Assembly (NCBI GenBank): GCA_025774605.1
Contig: JALGVR010000005.1
Location: forward strand, 1 to 52,312
Length of the DNA stretch: 52,312 nucleotides
Direction: 5' to 3'
Source: a bacterium
GTDB lineage: Bacteria > Electryoneota > AABM5-125-24 > Hatepunaeales > Hatepunaeaceae
Shown here: positions 37,154 through 47,100 of the stretch, one piece after another
How positions within the stretch are numbered: position 1 is the stretch's first letter
How the letters are laid out: every line of letters starts with the position of its first letter
Translations under genes and position numbers: made by a program
The notes under the pieces: generated by a model
Seen by the model: the letters and a program-made list of their open reading frames with translations, nothing else
The model's database searches: none
Told to the model about the DNA's origin: nothing

Positions 37154-38626
37154 ATGTGCGCTGAACGAAAATATCCCCCGGGCAGCCTGGAAGCAGGTCT
37201 GAAATCGACGCCGGACGCGACATCACAGGATGAAGTAACCAGGCTGCTGAATACCACCCTCAAACTGGCGGTGGAGATGATGCAGGCCGATCGCGGCGTC
37301 ATCCTGCTGGACGAGGGCGGCAGGCTGGAGGAACTGGCGTCCTTCGATTCAACCGCCGACAGTCCGGACAGCGATATTGATTATTCGTCCAGTTCGGTCG
37401 ACATGGTTATGAAATCGGGTACACCGATATTGACTCACGACGCGTTGGCTGATCCAAGGTTCGGCGACGCTGAGAGCATCATCATGCACCAGATAACGTC
37501 CATTATCTGCACACCGATGTATCTCGAGGATCAGGTGATCGGGGTAATCTACCTTGACAGCCGTCACAACAGGCAGCGTTTCACAGAGGGCAATCTCGAC
37601 TTCGTTCACACCTTTGCCAAAATGGCGGCGATTGCTGTGGATTACGCCCGCAGAAACAAAATGTTGCACATTGAGAAACAGCGGTTGCAGAGCGAGCTGG
37701 AATTCTCCCTGAAAGATATCGTCGGGAAGAGCCCGAAGATGTCCGAGATATTCAAGCTGATTCACCGGATTGTCAACTCCGACATCTCCGTGCTTCTGGA
37801 GGGCGAGAGCGGTACCGGCAAGGAGCTGGTGGCGCGCGCCCTCCATTACAACGGTCCGAGGCGTGACAAGCCGTTTGTGGCGCAGTTCTGCGGCAACCTC
37901 GCCGAGTCGCTGCTGGAAAGCGAGCTGTTCGGACACAAAAAGGGCTCCTTCACCGGCGCGATCGCCGATAAGATGGGGCTGTTCGAGGTTGCCGACGGCG
38001 GTTCGTTCTTTCTCGATGAGATTGCCGATATCAGTCCGACCATTCAGACCAAGCTGCTGCGGGTTCTCCAGGAGGGTGAGATACGGCGTGTCGGCGATAC
38101 GGTATCTCGCAAAGTGGATGTCCGCATCATCTCCGCCACAAACAAGAGCCTCAGGGAGGAGGTTGAAGCCGGCAAGTTCCGCGAAGACCTGTATTATCGG
38201 CTGAACGTGATTACGATTAATCTGCCGCCCCTGCGTGAACGTATCGGTGATATTCCCCTGCTCGTAAACCACTATTTGCGGAAATTCGCCGAGACCAACA
38301 AGATGCCCTCCAAAAAGATCTCGCCGCGGGCCATGGAGGTGCTGGCCAACTATCATTGGCCCGGGAATGTACGCGAGCTGTTGAACACGATCGAGCGCGC
38401 CATGATTCTGTCCGATGACGACGTGATCAAGGTCGACGACCTGTTTATTCCCGAGGCGGAAAAACTCGCCACCGGCCGCAAATCACTCAAGGAGCACGAG
38501 AAGGACTACGTCCTCAAAACCCTTGAGGATTGCGGCAACAATAAGACGAAGACCGCTGAAATGCTCGGCGTTTCGCTGCGGTGGCTGCATTATAAGTTGA
38601 ACGAATGGAAGAAACCGGTCGGTTAG
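37154..38626 (+). CDS. Sigma54-dependent enhancer-binding protein, GAF-AAA+-HTH (copy 1)
   Basis: GAF (DPRF...SIICTPM...GVIYLDS), GESGTGKE, ESELFGH, GSFTGA, FLDEI, FREDLYYRL, WPGNVREL, Fis-type HTH. Confidence 0.95.
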   Translation: MCAERKYPPGSLEAGLKSTPDATSQDEVTRLLNTTLKLAVEMMQADRGVILLDEGGRLEELASFDSTADSPDSDIDYSSSSVDMVMKSGTPILTHDALADPRFGDAESIIMHQITSIICTPMYLEDQVIGVIYLDSRHNRQRFTEGNLDFVHTFAKMAAIAVDYARRNKMLHIEKQRLQSELEFSLKDIVGKSPKMSEIFKLIHRIVNSDISVLLEGESGTGKELVARALHYNGPRRDKPFVAQFCGNLAESLLESELFGHKKGSFTGAIADKMGLFEVADGGSFFLDEIADISPTIQTKLLRVLQEGEIRRVGDTVSRKVDVRIISATNKSLREEVEAGKFREDLYYRLNVITINLPPLRERIGDIPLLVNHYLRKFAETNKMPSKKISPRAMEVLANYHWPGNVRELLNTIERAMILSDDDVIKVDDLFIPEAEKLATGRKSLKEHEKDYVLKTLEDCGNNKTKTAEMLGVSLRWLHYKLNEWKKPVG

Positions 38627-40395
38627 GATCCTACCGGATTGATGCCGAGCTGGCTCACAGCAATATCTGCACGGTTTACCGCGCCTTCGAAGAGAGCCTG
38701 GGTCGTCCGGTTTTAATCAAGAAACTTCACCCGCAGATGGCGCGGGAGGAGGATATCCGGACCCGCTTCAAGCGCGAAGCCCAGGTGTGTGCCCAGGTCA
38801 AGCATGAGAACATCGTTGACATCTATGGCTACATCGCCGATTCCGATCAAACCATGCTGATTCTGGAGTTCGTCGAAGGATTGTCCCTGGGGGAGCTGAT
38901 CTCGAACTGTGTGTATATTCCCTGGCAGCCGGCGCTGGCAATACTGAGCGGTGTGCTTGAGGGTCTGGCGTTTGCCCATTCCAGGTCCGTGATTCACCGG
39001 GACATCAAGCCCGGCAACATCCTCATTTCCCTGGATGGTCAGGCGAAGATATCCGACTTCGGACTCGCCACGCTTGAGGATGCACCCAAGCTGACCAGGC
39101 AGGGAATGGTGGTCGGCACACCCGCCTACATGCCGCCTGAGCAGATTACCGGCGGGCAGATAGACCAGCGCAGCGACCTCTTCTCCCTGGGGGCGAGCTT
39201 CTACGAGGTGCTGACCGGAAAATCACCCTTCTATGCGGACAACTTCTCGGAGATCATGAAGAAGGTGTTGAATGCCCATCCGCAAAGACCGTCCGCTGTT
39301 ATTCCCGACATCCCGACTGAATTTGACCAGATCGTGCTGCGCCTGATCGAAAAGCAGCCGACCAAACGATACGCCAGCGCCGATCAGGCTTTGCGGGATG
39401 TGAAAAAACTCGCCGAGCAGAAAGACGTTAGTCTGGACAAGGACTCCGTCCGTGAATTTCTTGATCAACTGGATGTTGCTCCGGCTGGCGGCGCGAAATC
39501 ATCGACATCCATAACCGAGCCCGCTCCCCTCCGAAACAGACGGAACTATTCAACATGGCTGCTCGGCGCGATCGGTGTGACGGCAATTGTCGTTGCCCTG
39601 CTGCTTCCCGGCTCGCGAAACGACTATGTGAAACCGACTCCCCGACCATTCAACCAGATCAGTCCGCCTCCGCGGAGAGGCGCGAGTAAGACCGTGCCTC
39701 TTCAGCCGAGAGAATCAGCCGGAATCGAACGGTACTCCAAGGCGGTTGAACAGCCGAAGGCATCAGAGGGAGCCGTCTCCGGGCGGCGGCGGAATGTCAG
39801 TCGGGACACCGCAGGCGGGGAATCCAAAGTGGTTAAACCGGCGGAAGAACTGGTTGCGCACGAACCGATCGATAATCGAACCGCTCCGGTTTACCCGACA
39901 CCCTCAGCGATCGATACGACGGAACCCGGTCAACTCTTTATCTTAACCGGAAGACAATGGGCTGCAGTGACAATCGATAATAAGACAATAGGTGTAACAC
40001 CACTCACTGAACCGATCAAGCTTGCGCCGGGCAAACACCAGGTTACTTTATTCAACGACCAATTCCCCGGGCCGGTGTCTGAGACCGTCATCATTGAACC
40101 GGGAGCCGAGCAGCGGTTGGTCGTTGATCTCGAACGTTACTTTGCTGTAATTAAGGTTCTTTCAGTCAAACCCTGGGCGGAGATCTTCGTCGACGGCGTT
40201 TCCTACGGTGAAACACCTCTTAACAGACGGATAATCCTCCCGCTGGGTCAACATGAAATCGAACTGCGCAACCCGGATTTTAGAACCTGGCGGCAGGTGT
40301 TCAATTTCAGCCAGGGCGACCCCCCGGTGGAAATATCCGTGTCACTTGCGCCGCTTCAAAGCGCTGAATCGAGACAAGATCTGCTGCCGAGATGA
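38605..40395 (+). CDS. Membrane Ser/Thr (Hanks-type) protein kinase with two C-terminal PEGA-like domains (copy 1)
   Basis: VLIK, REA, HRDIKPGN, DFG, GTPAYMPPE, SDLFSLG; single TM; QWAAVTID...GVTP and PWAEIFVDG...GETP. Confidence 0.93.
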   Translation: MEETGRLGSYRIDAELAHSNICTVYRAFEESLGRPVLIKKLHPQMAREEDIRTRFKREAQVCAQVKHENIVDIYGYIADSDQTMLILEFVEGLSLGELISNCVYIPWQPALAILSGVLEGLAFAHSRSVIHRDIKPGNILISLDGQAKISDFGLATLEDAPKLTRQGMVVGTPAYMPPEQITGGQIDQRSDLFSLGASFYEVLTGKSPFYADNFSEIMKKVLNAHPQRPSAVIPDIPTEFDQIVLRLIEKQPTKRYASADQALRDVKKLAEQKDVSLDKDSVREFLDQLDVAPAGGAKSSTSITEPAPLRNRRNYSTWLLGAIGVTAIVVALLLPGSRNDYVKPTPRPFNQISPPPRRGASKTVPLQPRESAGIERYSKAVEQPKASEGAVSGRRRNVSRDTAGGESKVVKPAEELVAHEPIDNRTAPVYPTPSAIDTTEPGQLFILTGRQWAAVTIDNKTIGVTPLTEPIKLAPGKHQVTLFNDQFPGPVSETVIIEPGAEQRLVVDLERYFAVIKVLSVKPWAEIFVDGVSYGETPLNRRIILPLGQHEIELRNPDFRTWRQVFNFSQGDPPVEISVSLAPLQSAESRQDLLPR

Positions 40396-41057
40396 AAACA
40401 GTCCGATACCTGAAACTGCTGTTGAGTTCGCTGGTATTCCCCCAATATTGCCCATCCTGCGGCAGGGAGTGGACAGGAGGGGCGGGGTGGCTCTGTCCGG
40501 ACTGCTGGCTTAATCTGCCCGCGGCGGGAAGAGGGTACTGGCGGCACATGCCGCGGCTGAGAGACAGGGTTATAACAGCCTTCCGGTACAACGAAACAAC
40601 ACGCGAGCTTACCCACCAGATGAAGTTCAACGGCCGCGTTGACATCGCCGTGGAGCTGGGGGGCAGGGTGGCCCGCCGGATCATGGATTTGATCTCCCCG
40701 GGGGATATCGCCGCCGTCGTGCCGGTGCCGCTGCATCCGACGCGAATCAGGGAGCGCGGCTACGACCAGAACCTCGTTCTCTCCCGCCGCATCGCCGAAG
40801 GACTCAACCTCCCCCTCCGTACCGGATTGATCAGGAGGGTGAAGCATCGACCACCCCAGTCGCGCCTTTCCAACCTGGAGAGACTGACAAACCTGAAAGG
40901 CGCGTTTCGACCGGATACATCCTCCGGGACGAAGATTGACGGTGCAGTCCTGCTGGTGGATGACATCATTCACACCGGCGCCACAGCCCTGAGCTGCATC
41001 GATGCACTATCCAGGATGGGGATCAGCGACGTCAGGGTGTTGGCGGCGCTTGGCTGA
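40392..41057 (+). CDS. comF: ComF family phosphoribosyltransferase-like competence protein
   Basis: CPSC...LCPDC, PVPLH, RERGYDQ, LLVDDIIHTGAT; ATGA overlap with the kinase stop. Confidence 0.9.
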   Translation: MKTVRYLKLLLSSLVFPQYCPSCGREWTGGAGWLCPDCWLNLPAAGRGYWRHMPRLRDRVITAFRYNETTRELTHQMKFNGRVDIAVELGGRVARRIMDLISPGDIAAVVPVPLHPTRIRERGYDQNLVLSRRIAEGLNLPLRTGLIRRVKHRPPQSRLSNLERLTNLKGAFRPDTSSGTKIDGAVLLVDDIIHTGATALSCIDALSRMGISDVRVLAALG

Positions 41058-41134
41058 ACTTTCACGCTTGCGCGCGGGAATACGGTTGCATCTTTTTCGT
41101 ATCCATCAACAACGTAAACCAAATCGGATCTTCC

Positions 41135-42832
41135 ATGACAAAGGGAAAGACAGAAGTAGCCTCAATTCAGCTCTCGACAGACCGTCAGATAAACTCGCTG
41201 CTCAACGATATTGTCAGCCGTCTCAAGGAGTACACCGAGACGCAGGTGAACCATATCAACAAGCTCGCCAAGATCGGCGTCGCACTTTCATCGACACGGA
41301 ACCTTGACAAGCTGCTCGAGATGATCCTCGACGAAGCGCGCGCCTTTACGCGTTGCGACGCCGGTACGTTGTACCTCGTGAACGACGAGAACAGAACGGT
41401 TGAATACAAGATCGTTCAGAACGAATCGATGGGCACCCGCGTGGGCGGCGCTACCGGAGAGGCGATAAATGCCGGTTTCTTTCCACCCGTTCCCCTCACG
41501 GTTGACGGTAAACCCAACAACTCGAACGTCTGTGCATACGTTGCCAACTCAGGGAAAATGGTCAACATTCCCGACGTATACGAAGTCGACGGTTTCGACT
41601 TTCAGGGACCCCGCAGGTTTGACGCCAGCACGGGTTACCGCACCAAATCGATGATGGTCTTTCCCATGCGCAACCACGAGGGAGACATCATCGGCGTGAT
41701 GCAGCTCATCAACGCATTGGACAAGGACACCGGCGAACTGATCCCGTTTGCCAAGGAATTCGAGGAGCTCTCCGAGGCGCTGGCATCCCAGGCCGCGGTC
41801 GCCATAACCAACGCGCAGCTCATCCGCGATCTGGAGAACCTGTTCGAATCGTTCATCCAGACCATCGCCACGGCGATCGATGAAAAATCGCACTACACCG
41901 GCGGACACATCGAGAGAGTCGCCAACCTGACGATGGAAATCGCCGAACGGATCAACGCCGCGACCGAAGGACCGTACGCCGCTTCCCGGTTCGACGAAGA
42001 CAAGCTAACCGAGCTGCGACTGGCGGCCTGGCTGCACGACACGGGCAAGATCACCACACCCGAATACGTGGTCGATAAGGGCAGCAAGCTGGAGACCATA
42101 TTCGACCGCCTGGAATTGGTTCGCACCCGCTTCGAGCTGGCCATGGCCGAGGCAAGGCTCAAGGCCGCCGAGACCGGATCAGCTCCCGCGGATGACGATG
42201 CCTCAGGCGGCGAAGGATCCCGCTCGATTCGGAAAACCGATGAGATTGTGAGGCAACTGATCGATGATTTCAAGTTTGTTGAGAGCAACAATGCCTCACA
42301 GGAGTTTGTGCCCGACGAGAAGATCGAGAGGCTGCGCGACATATCCCGCGCGACCGTTCATACTTACACCGGCGGTGATGAGCCGATGTTGACGGACGAC
42401 GAGCTTTACAATCTGGAGATCCGCAAGGGCAACCTGACTCGCGAGGAACGCCAGACGATTGAGAACCATGTCGTTGTCACCAGGAGGATGCTCGAGAATG
42501 TGCCCTTCCCGAAGAAGCTGAAGGATGTGCCGTTCATAGCCGCCGCTCACCACGAAAAACTCAACGGCAAAGGCTACCCGGACGGCTTGAAGGGGGACGA
42601 AATCCCGTTGCAGGTGCGCATCATGACGCTGGCGGACATATTCGAAGCCCTGACCGCGGCCGACAGACCATACAAGACCGCCAAAAAGCTGTCGGAGGTG
42701 TTGAAGATCCTGGGGTTCATGGTCAAGGACGGAGAGTTGGACGGCGACCTGGTGCAATTCTTCCTGGATGAGAAGATGCATATCGAATATGCGCGCAAAT
42801 TCATGGACCCCGAGCTGATCGATGTTGATTAG
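41135..42832 (+). CDS. GAF plus HD-GYP domain phosphodiesterase
   Basis: GAF (GYRTKSM...GVMQLIN), YTGGHIERV, WLHD, HHEKLNGKGYP, ADIFEALTA.DRPYK. Confidence 0.92.
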   Translation: MTKGKTEVASIQLSTDRQINSLLNDIVSRLKEYTETQVNHINKLAKIGVALSSTRNLDKLLEMILDEARAFTRCDAGTLYLVNDENRTVEYKIVQNESMGTRVGGATGEAINAGFFPPVPLTVDGKPNNSNVCAYVANSGKMVNIPDVYEVDGFDFQGPRRFDASTGYRTKSMMVFPMRNHEGDIIGVMQLINALDKDTGELIPFAKEFEELSEALASQAAVAITNAQLIRDLENLFESFIQTIATAIDEKSHYTGGHIERVANLTMEIAERINAATEGPYAASRFDEDKLTELRLAAWLHDTGKITTPEYVVDKGSKLETIFDRLELVRTRFELAMAEARLKAAETGSAPADDDASGGEGSRSIRKTDEIVRQLIDDFKFVESNNASQEFVPDEKIERLRDISRATVHTYTGGDEPMLTDDELYNLEIRKGNLTREERQTIENHVVVTRRMLENVPFPKKLKDVPFIAAAHHEKLNGKGYPDGLKGDEIPLQVRIMTLADIFEALTAADRPYKTAKKLSEVLKILGFMVKDGELDGDLVQFFLDEKMHIEYARKFMDPELIDVD

Positions 42833-43741
42833 ATGATATCCAGCGAAGAAATCGCCGCCGACCTCAACGTTGTGCCGGGCTCGATCGGCGCCTCACTGCT
42901 GGAGGGTGAACAACGGCTTCACTATGCCGGCGTGATCCGCCCGCGCCGTCACACCGAACTGCTGCTGGAGAAGGTGATGGGGGTCGACCGCACCGAGCTG
43001 TACCTGAGAGCCCGCGATCCGATCAGTCCGGAGCAATCGGCTCACTTTCGTTCGCTGCTGGCGCGCCGGGAAGCCGGTGAACCGGTGCAGTACATCGTGG
43101 GCTGGGCGCCCTTTTATGGTCGAAAGTTCTACATCGGCGAAGGGGTCTTCATCCCGCGCTTCGAGACTGAAACCGTGATCGAACGATTCCTCACGGCGCT
43201 GGCTGAAGATCGACCGGCGGAGCGACCTGTTGAGGTTCTGGACCTATGCTGTGGCAGCGGCGTTGTCGGTTTGACCGCCGCCGCGGAAGCGCCCGGCGTC
43301 AGGGTCACCTTGATCGATCTCTCTGAGACTGCGATTGAATGCACGAATCGGAATGCGCGGGAACTGAAGGTTGAGAACTGCGTTGAAATTATTAAACGGG
43401 ATGCTCTCAGCGATCCGCCGCGCCGATGGCGGGGGCGATTTCGGTATATTCTTGCCAATCCGCCCTATATCCCGCTTGCCGGGCTGGATGATCTTCCCCG
43501 GGATGTACGGGACGGCGAGCCGCGCCACGCGCTGACCGACCGCGCTGACGGCCTCAGCTTTTACCGGCGCTGGATGCAGACGCTGCCCGCCATAATGATC
43601 CCGCACGGCAGGTTGATCGTCGAGTGCGGCGATAACACCGCCCGCTCGGTAATGAACATACTCCAAGCATCCTTCAAGGATGTCATGGCAACGCGGGACA
43701 TGAACGGAATGGAAAGGGCCGTGGAGGGAATCCTGTTGTAG
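42833..43741 (+). CDS. prmC: Release factor glutamine N5-methyltransferase
   Basis: GEPVQYIVG, VFIPRFETE, LDLCCGSG, ANPPYI. Confidence 0.93.
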   Translation: MISSEEIAADLNVVPGSIGASLLEGEQRLHYAGVIRPRRHTELLLEKVMGVDRTELYLRARDPISPEQSAHFRSLLARREAGEPVQYIVGWAPFYGRKFYIGEGVFIPRFETETVIERFLTALAEDRPAERPVEVLDLCCGSGVVGLTAAAEAPGVRVTLIDLSETAIECTNRNARELKVENCVEIIKRDALSDPPRRWRGRFRYILANPPYIPLAGLDDLPRDVRDGEPRHALTDRADGLSFYRRWMQTLPAIMIPHGRLIVECGDNTARSVMNILQASFKDVMATRDMNGMERAVEGILL

Positions 43742-43807
43742 GCTCAACGGTCTGTAAACGGACCTTCAGCTTTCAGATTTCAAATCAACACACTACTTGA
43801 GAGACAG

Positions 43808-44920
43808 ATGTTATCATTCGCCAACAGCCTGGCAATGTTGCTTATCCTGACCGTAAGCGGTTACCAACCGGGGGGGACGTCAGCCCAATACACAGGTGAA
43901 AACTTTTACCTGAAGGAGATAAAACAGCTGTCGCCGGATGTCGGTGAATTGAAGACCGGCTGTATAAGCCCCGACAGTCTGTGGATCTGCTGGCAGGGCA
44001 ACTGCGCGGACGGCTGCATGGGCGATCAGATCTGGATCATGCCGATAATCGGCGGTACACAACGGATGATCTCACCGGCGGTGGGTGAAGCTGTCAAACC
44101 GGTTTTCACTCCGGACGGGAAGCGAGTCGTCTACAGCATGAGCACGGGTCCCGAGCCTGAAAAAATCAATCCGGCTGAACCGGCGTCCAGCCTGCACTGG
44201 CGCCTGGATGACCTGGATATTTACATCACCGACCTTGGGGGCGTCCACCAGACTCAATTGACGAACGTTCCCGGCTTTGACGGCGAGGCGGCGGTGTCAC
44301 CGGACGGGAAAACGGTGGCTTTTACTTCGGTCAGGGACGGCGATGTCGACATTTTCACAATGACCATCGACGGGCTGGCTGCAACTCGGTTGACCGATAC
44401 GTTCGGTTATGACTGCCTGCCGAGATTCTCGCCCGACGGGGAATGGATCCTGTTTTCAAGCTACACGCCCAGGACGGACGCCGAGATAGAGCATTACGGG
44501 GAGATGATCGCCGCCGGCAAGGCAGCCCCACCGTGGCTGGAGCTTGACATAATGCGGGCTGACGGCTCTGAGCGAAGACGGATCACCAACCTGAAGGCGA
44601 TCTCGATCTCGCCGTGCATGCATCCCCATAAAAAAGTCATAGTCTTCTCATCGAATTATAATCAGTCCCCGTTGAGCGGCAAGGGAGGCATTGAAAACTT
44701 CGATCTGTTTATGATCGGTCTCGACGGCACCGGGCTCCGGCAGGTGACCTTTGATCCCAAGTTCGACGGTGAGCCGAGCTTTTCGGGCAACGGTTCGAAA
44801 CTGACCTGGATATCCGGCAGGGGATCAGCTTCCACCGGAGGGCGAAGTATTTATTCTGCGATATGGACGGGGGGAAAGACCGTGCCGGCGCCGGCGCCGG
44901 AGCCGACGACGGGTAATTGA
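43808..44920 (+). CDS. TolB-like (PD40) beta-propeller protein, exported
   Basis: Signal peptide; repeated FTPDG/VSPDG/FSPDG and LT...G.DG units. Confidence 0.85.
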   Translation: MLSFANSLAMLLILTVSGYQPGGTSAQYTGENFYLKEIKQLSPDVGELKTGCISPDSLWICWQGNCADGCMGDQIWIMPIIGGTQRMISPAVGEAVKPVFTPDGKRVVYSMSTGPEPEKINPAEPASSLHWRLDDLDIYITDLGGVHQTQLTNVPGFDGEAAVSPDGKTVAFTSVRDGDVDIFTMTIDGLAATRLTDTFGYDCLPRFSPDGEWILFSSYTPRTDAEIEHYGEMIAAGKAAPPWLELDIMRADGSERRRITNLKAISISPCMHPHKKVIVFSSNYNQSPLSGKGGIENFDLFMIGLDGTGLRQVTFDPKFDGEPSFSGNGSKLTWISGRGSASTGGRSIYSAIWTGGKTVPAPAPEPTTGN

Positions 44921-44987
44921 TTTTCCCGCACTCGAACAGTCGGGTGGCTGAAGCCGGCGGACGCGCGGGACGGCTTGCCTGCCCCCC

Positions 44988-45019
44988 TTCCTTCCCCCCG
45001 CAACAGAAGGGGGAGGGAA
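44988..45019. terminator. Hairpin between convergent genes (bidirectional terminator or C/G-rich repeat)
   Basis: TTCCTTCCCCC (44988-44998) pairs with GGGGGAGGGAA (45009-45019). Confidence 0.4.
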
Positions 45020-45032
45020 AACCGTCCCTGTT

Positions 45033-45893
45033 TTAAGGGCATAACAACGGTTTCAACTCTGCAGAGATCCTTTCATCACCCAGCCTGTCCAACAGCTCAA
45101 GGCTCAACCGCCGATAGATCACCGCCGCGTCCGGATAGTCCTCCAGGATCTCGAGATGCGCCCTGACGGTTTTCGCGTCACCCCGGCGCAGGGGGCCCGA
45201 AACGGCATCAGGCAAGCCCTTTTCAGCAATGTTCAGGGCGGTCTTCTTCATCAGCGGACCCAACGTTCGCATCGCCTGCCCGTCCGTCATTCCACTGTCA
45301 TGAAGTAACTTCATCGCCGTTCCGGCAAGCCCGGCCATCAGGTTGCAGGCCACGACCGCGCTCAGATGGTACAGGCGCCGTTTATCGGGCGGAACCCTGA
45401 ACGGGACGCCGCCCAGCTCGAGCGCGATTCTCTCGCCGAGCTCAACCGCCCCCGGATCGCCGTCTATCCCGAAGGTTACACCGTTCAACAGCTCGGCTCC
45501 CTCGCCTCCGACAAAGGTCTGCATCGGATGCCAGCTCAACGGCAGCGCTCCCACCTCGCGCAGACGATCAAGCGGTTCAGCCGACAGGGCGCCGGCGGTA
45601 TGGGCGACAACCGTGCCGGGCTTGAAACCTTTTCTCATCACGATCTCATCGACCAGTCCGGCTATCTGACTGTCTCTCACACAGAGAACAACAAAATCGG
45701 TTTCCGCTGCAAGGTCAGCGACCCTGCTCACGACCGGCAGACGCAGGCTGTCCAGCCAGACATCCCGCCCCCGGCGCCTGATGACCAGCCCCGACAAGGT
45801 GTATCCCGCCGCAACGAATGCCTTCGCCAGAACGCTTCCGACCCTGCCGTATCCCACAACTGCGATCGGCGGCTTCGAGCCGTTTCCGTTCAT
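45033..45893 (-). CDS. Rossmann-fold/DUF2520 oxidoreductase (PanG-like ketopantoate reductase family)
   Basis: VVGYGRVG, HTAG, HPMQTF, YHLSAV.ACN, SGPLRRGD. Confidence 0.88.
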   Translation of the reverse strand: MNGNGSKPPIAVVGYGRVGSVLAKAFVAAGYTLSGLVIRRRGRDVWLDSLRLPVVSRVADLAAETDFVVLCVRDSQIAGLVDEIVMRKGFKPGTVVAHTAGALSAEPLDRLREVGALPLSWHPMQTFVGGEGAELLNGVTFGIDGDPGAVELGERIALELGGVPFRVPPDKRRLYHLSAVVACNLMAGLAGTAMKLLHDSGMTDGQAMRTLGPLMKKTALNIAEKGLPDAVSGPLRRGDAKTVRAHLEILEDYPDAAVIYRRLSLELLDRLGDERISAELKPLLCP

Positions 45894-45923
45894 GACCGAT
45901 CTTCCTTTGATCCATCCTTCAAG

Positions 45924-46940
45924 TTAAATCTCCAGCACCTCTTTAACCGCATCCAACACCCTGTCATGCAACAAGCCGTTGGTGACTATCACGCCGACGT
46001 TCCGCTCAAGCGTCCTGCCGGATGAAAAGTCAAGTTTCGTCCCGTATACATCGGTTACCATCCCGCCCGCTTCCTCTATTATGATCGATCCGGCGGCATG
46101 ATCCCAGATCTTCTCCGCGTACCTGTCCGGATCGTTCACCGCGATTCCCGCGACGGGCAGTCTCAGGTATATCGACGCTTCGCCCCGGGCTGTCACCGCA
46201 TACTTGCACTGGCTGTCGATGCGCACGGGCGGCTCATGCAAGCCCAACAGCGCCGCGATCCTTGCCGAATCGGAGTGCGATGAATGACCGGATTCGACCG
46301 ACTCGCAGAACCTCGCCCGAGCGGGATCGGTGACATCATCAACCCTGACAGGCAGGAGCTCGGCGGATGATTCCAATGGTGACATGAAGCTTCCATCACC
46401 CCTGACCGCAACCACCAGGCAGCCGGTGGAGTCTCCGGGCTTATCCAGGTCCGGAGGCAGATTCGGGCAGCCCAACACCCCCAACGCCACCTCGCCCTCA
46501 ACAATCAGCGCCAGCGCGACCGCATACTGTCCGCCGCGCAGGAAGCCCTTGGTGCCGTCAATCGGGTCGAGGCACCAGAACCTTCCCTGTGCACCGCCAC
46601 CGTACGATCCCCGATCGATCGCCCCGATGACGGACGCTTCGTCGATCCCGGGGTCGACCCGCCGGACGACTTCAATCACACGCTCCTTCAGCATCCGTTG
46701 CCCGGGTTGAACGAGACGGCTGGAATCCTCTTCAGCCACCAGCGGAATTTCGGGAAACGATCGATACAACGCATGGCTGACGATCGCCTGCGCCCCGAAA
46801 TCAGCCAGCGTCACCGGTGAACGATCGTCCTTGGAGACGGTTTCAGCCGAAACGAGGCTCTTCCGAACCGATCGGCAGAGCCTGCAAGCCTGTACTACTG
46901 CCGCAACTGCGGATTTCAGCTCATTCTCGAACAATATCAC
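45924..46940 (-). CDS. 3'(2'),5'-bisphosphate nucleotidase, HAL2/SAL1-like
   Basis: KDDRSPVTLADF, AEE, LDPIDGTKGF, GCPNL, DSQCKY, EKIWDHAAG. Confidence 0.92.
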   Translation of the reverse strand: MILFENELKSAVAAVVQACRLCRSVRKSLVSAETVSKDDRSPVTLADFGAQAIVSHALYRSFPEIPLVAEEDSSRLVQPGQRMLKERVIEVVRRVDPGIDEASVIGAIDRGSYGGGAQGRFWCLDPIDGTKGFLRGGQYAVALALIVEGEVALGVLGCPNLPPDLDKPGDSTGCLVVAVRGDGSFMSPLESSAELLPVRVDDVTDPARARFCESVESGHSSHSDSARIAALLGLHEPPVRIDSQCKYAVTARGEASIYLRLPVAGIAVNDPDRYAEKIWDHAAGSIIIEEAGGMVTDVYGTKLDFSSGRTLERNVGVIVTNGLLHDRVLDAVKEVLEI

Positions 46941-46998
46941 ACTCCATCAGTATCGGCCGTCGATCCTCCACCTCGACAGCCGTTCCCATGAATATATG

Positions 46999-47023
46999 AA
47001 AAAGGGCGGCGATATGCCGCCCT
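46999..47023 (-). terminator. Intrinsic terminator after the Kelch/TPR gene pair
   Basis: Minus strand AGGGCGGC-ATATC-GCCGCCCT-TTTT. Confidence 0.65.
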
Positions 47024-47100
47024 CGACAGGGAATTCCATCCACCGAAAAATGATTCGGATAATAATCCCGCCTGTGAACCATATTCGCATCATGTGCGTA

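Noticed and set aside
45924-46940. Eukaryote-like HAL2 nucleotidase as a recent horizontal transfer
   Set aside because: HAL2-like enzymes are known in bacteria, and the gene's composition matches its neighbours.
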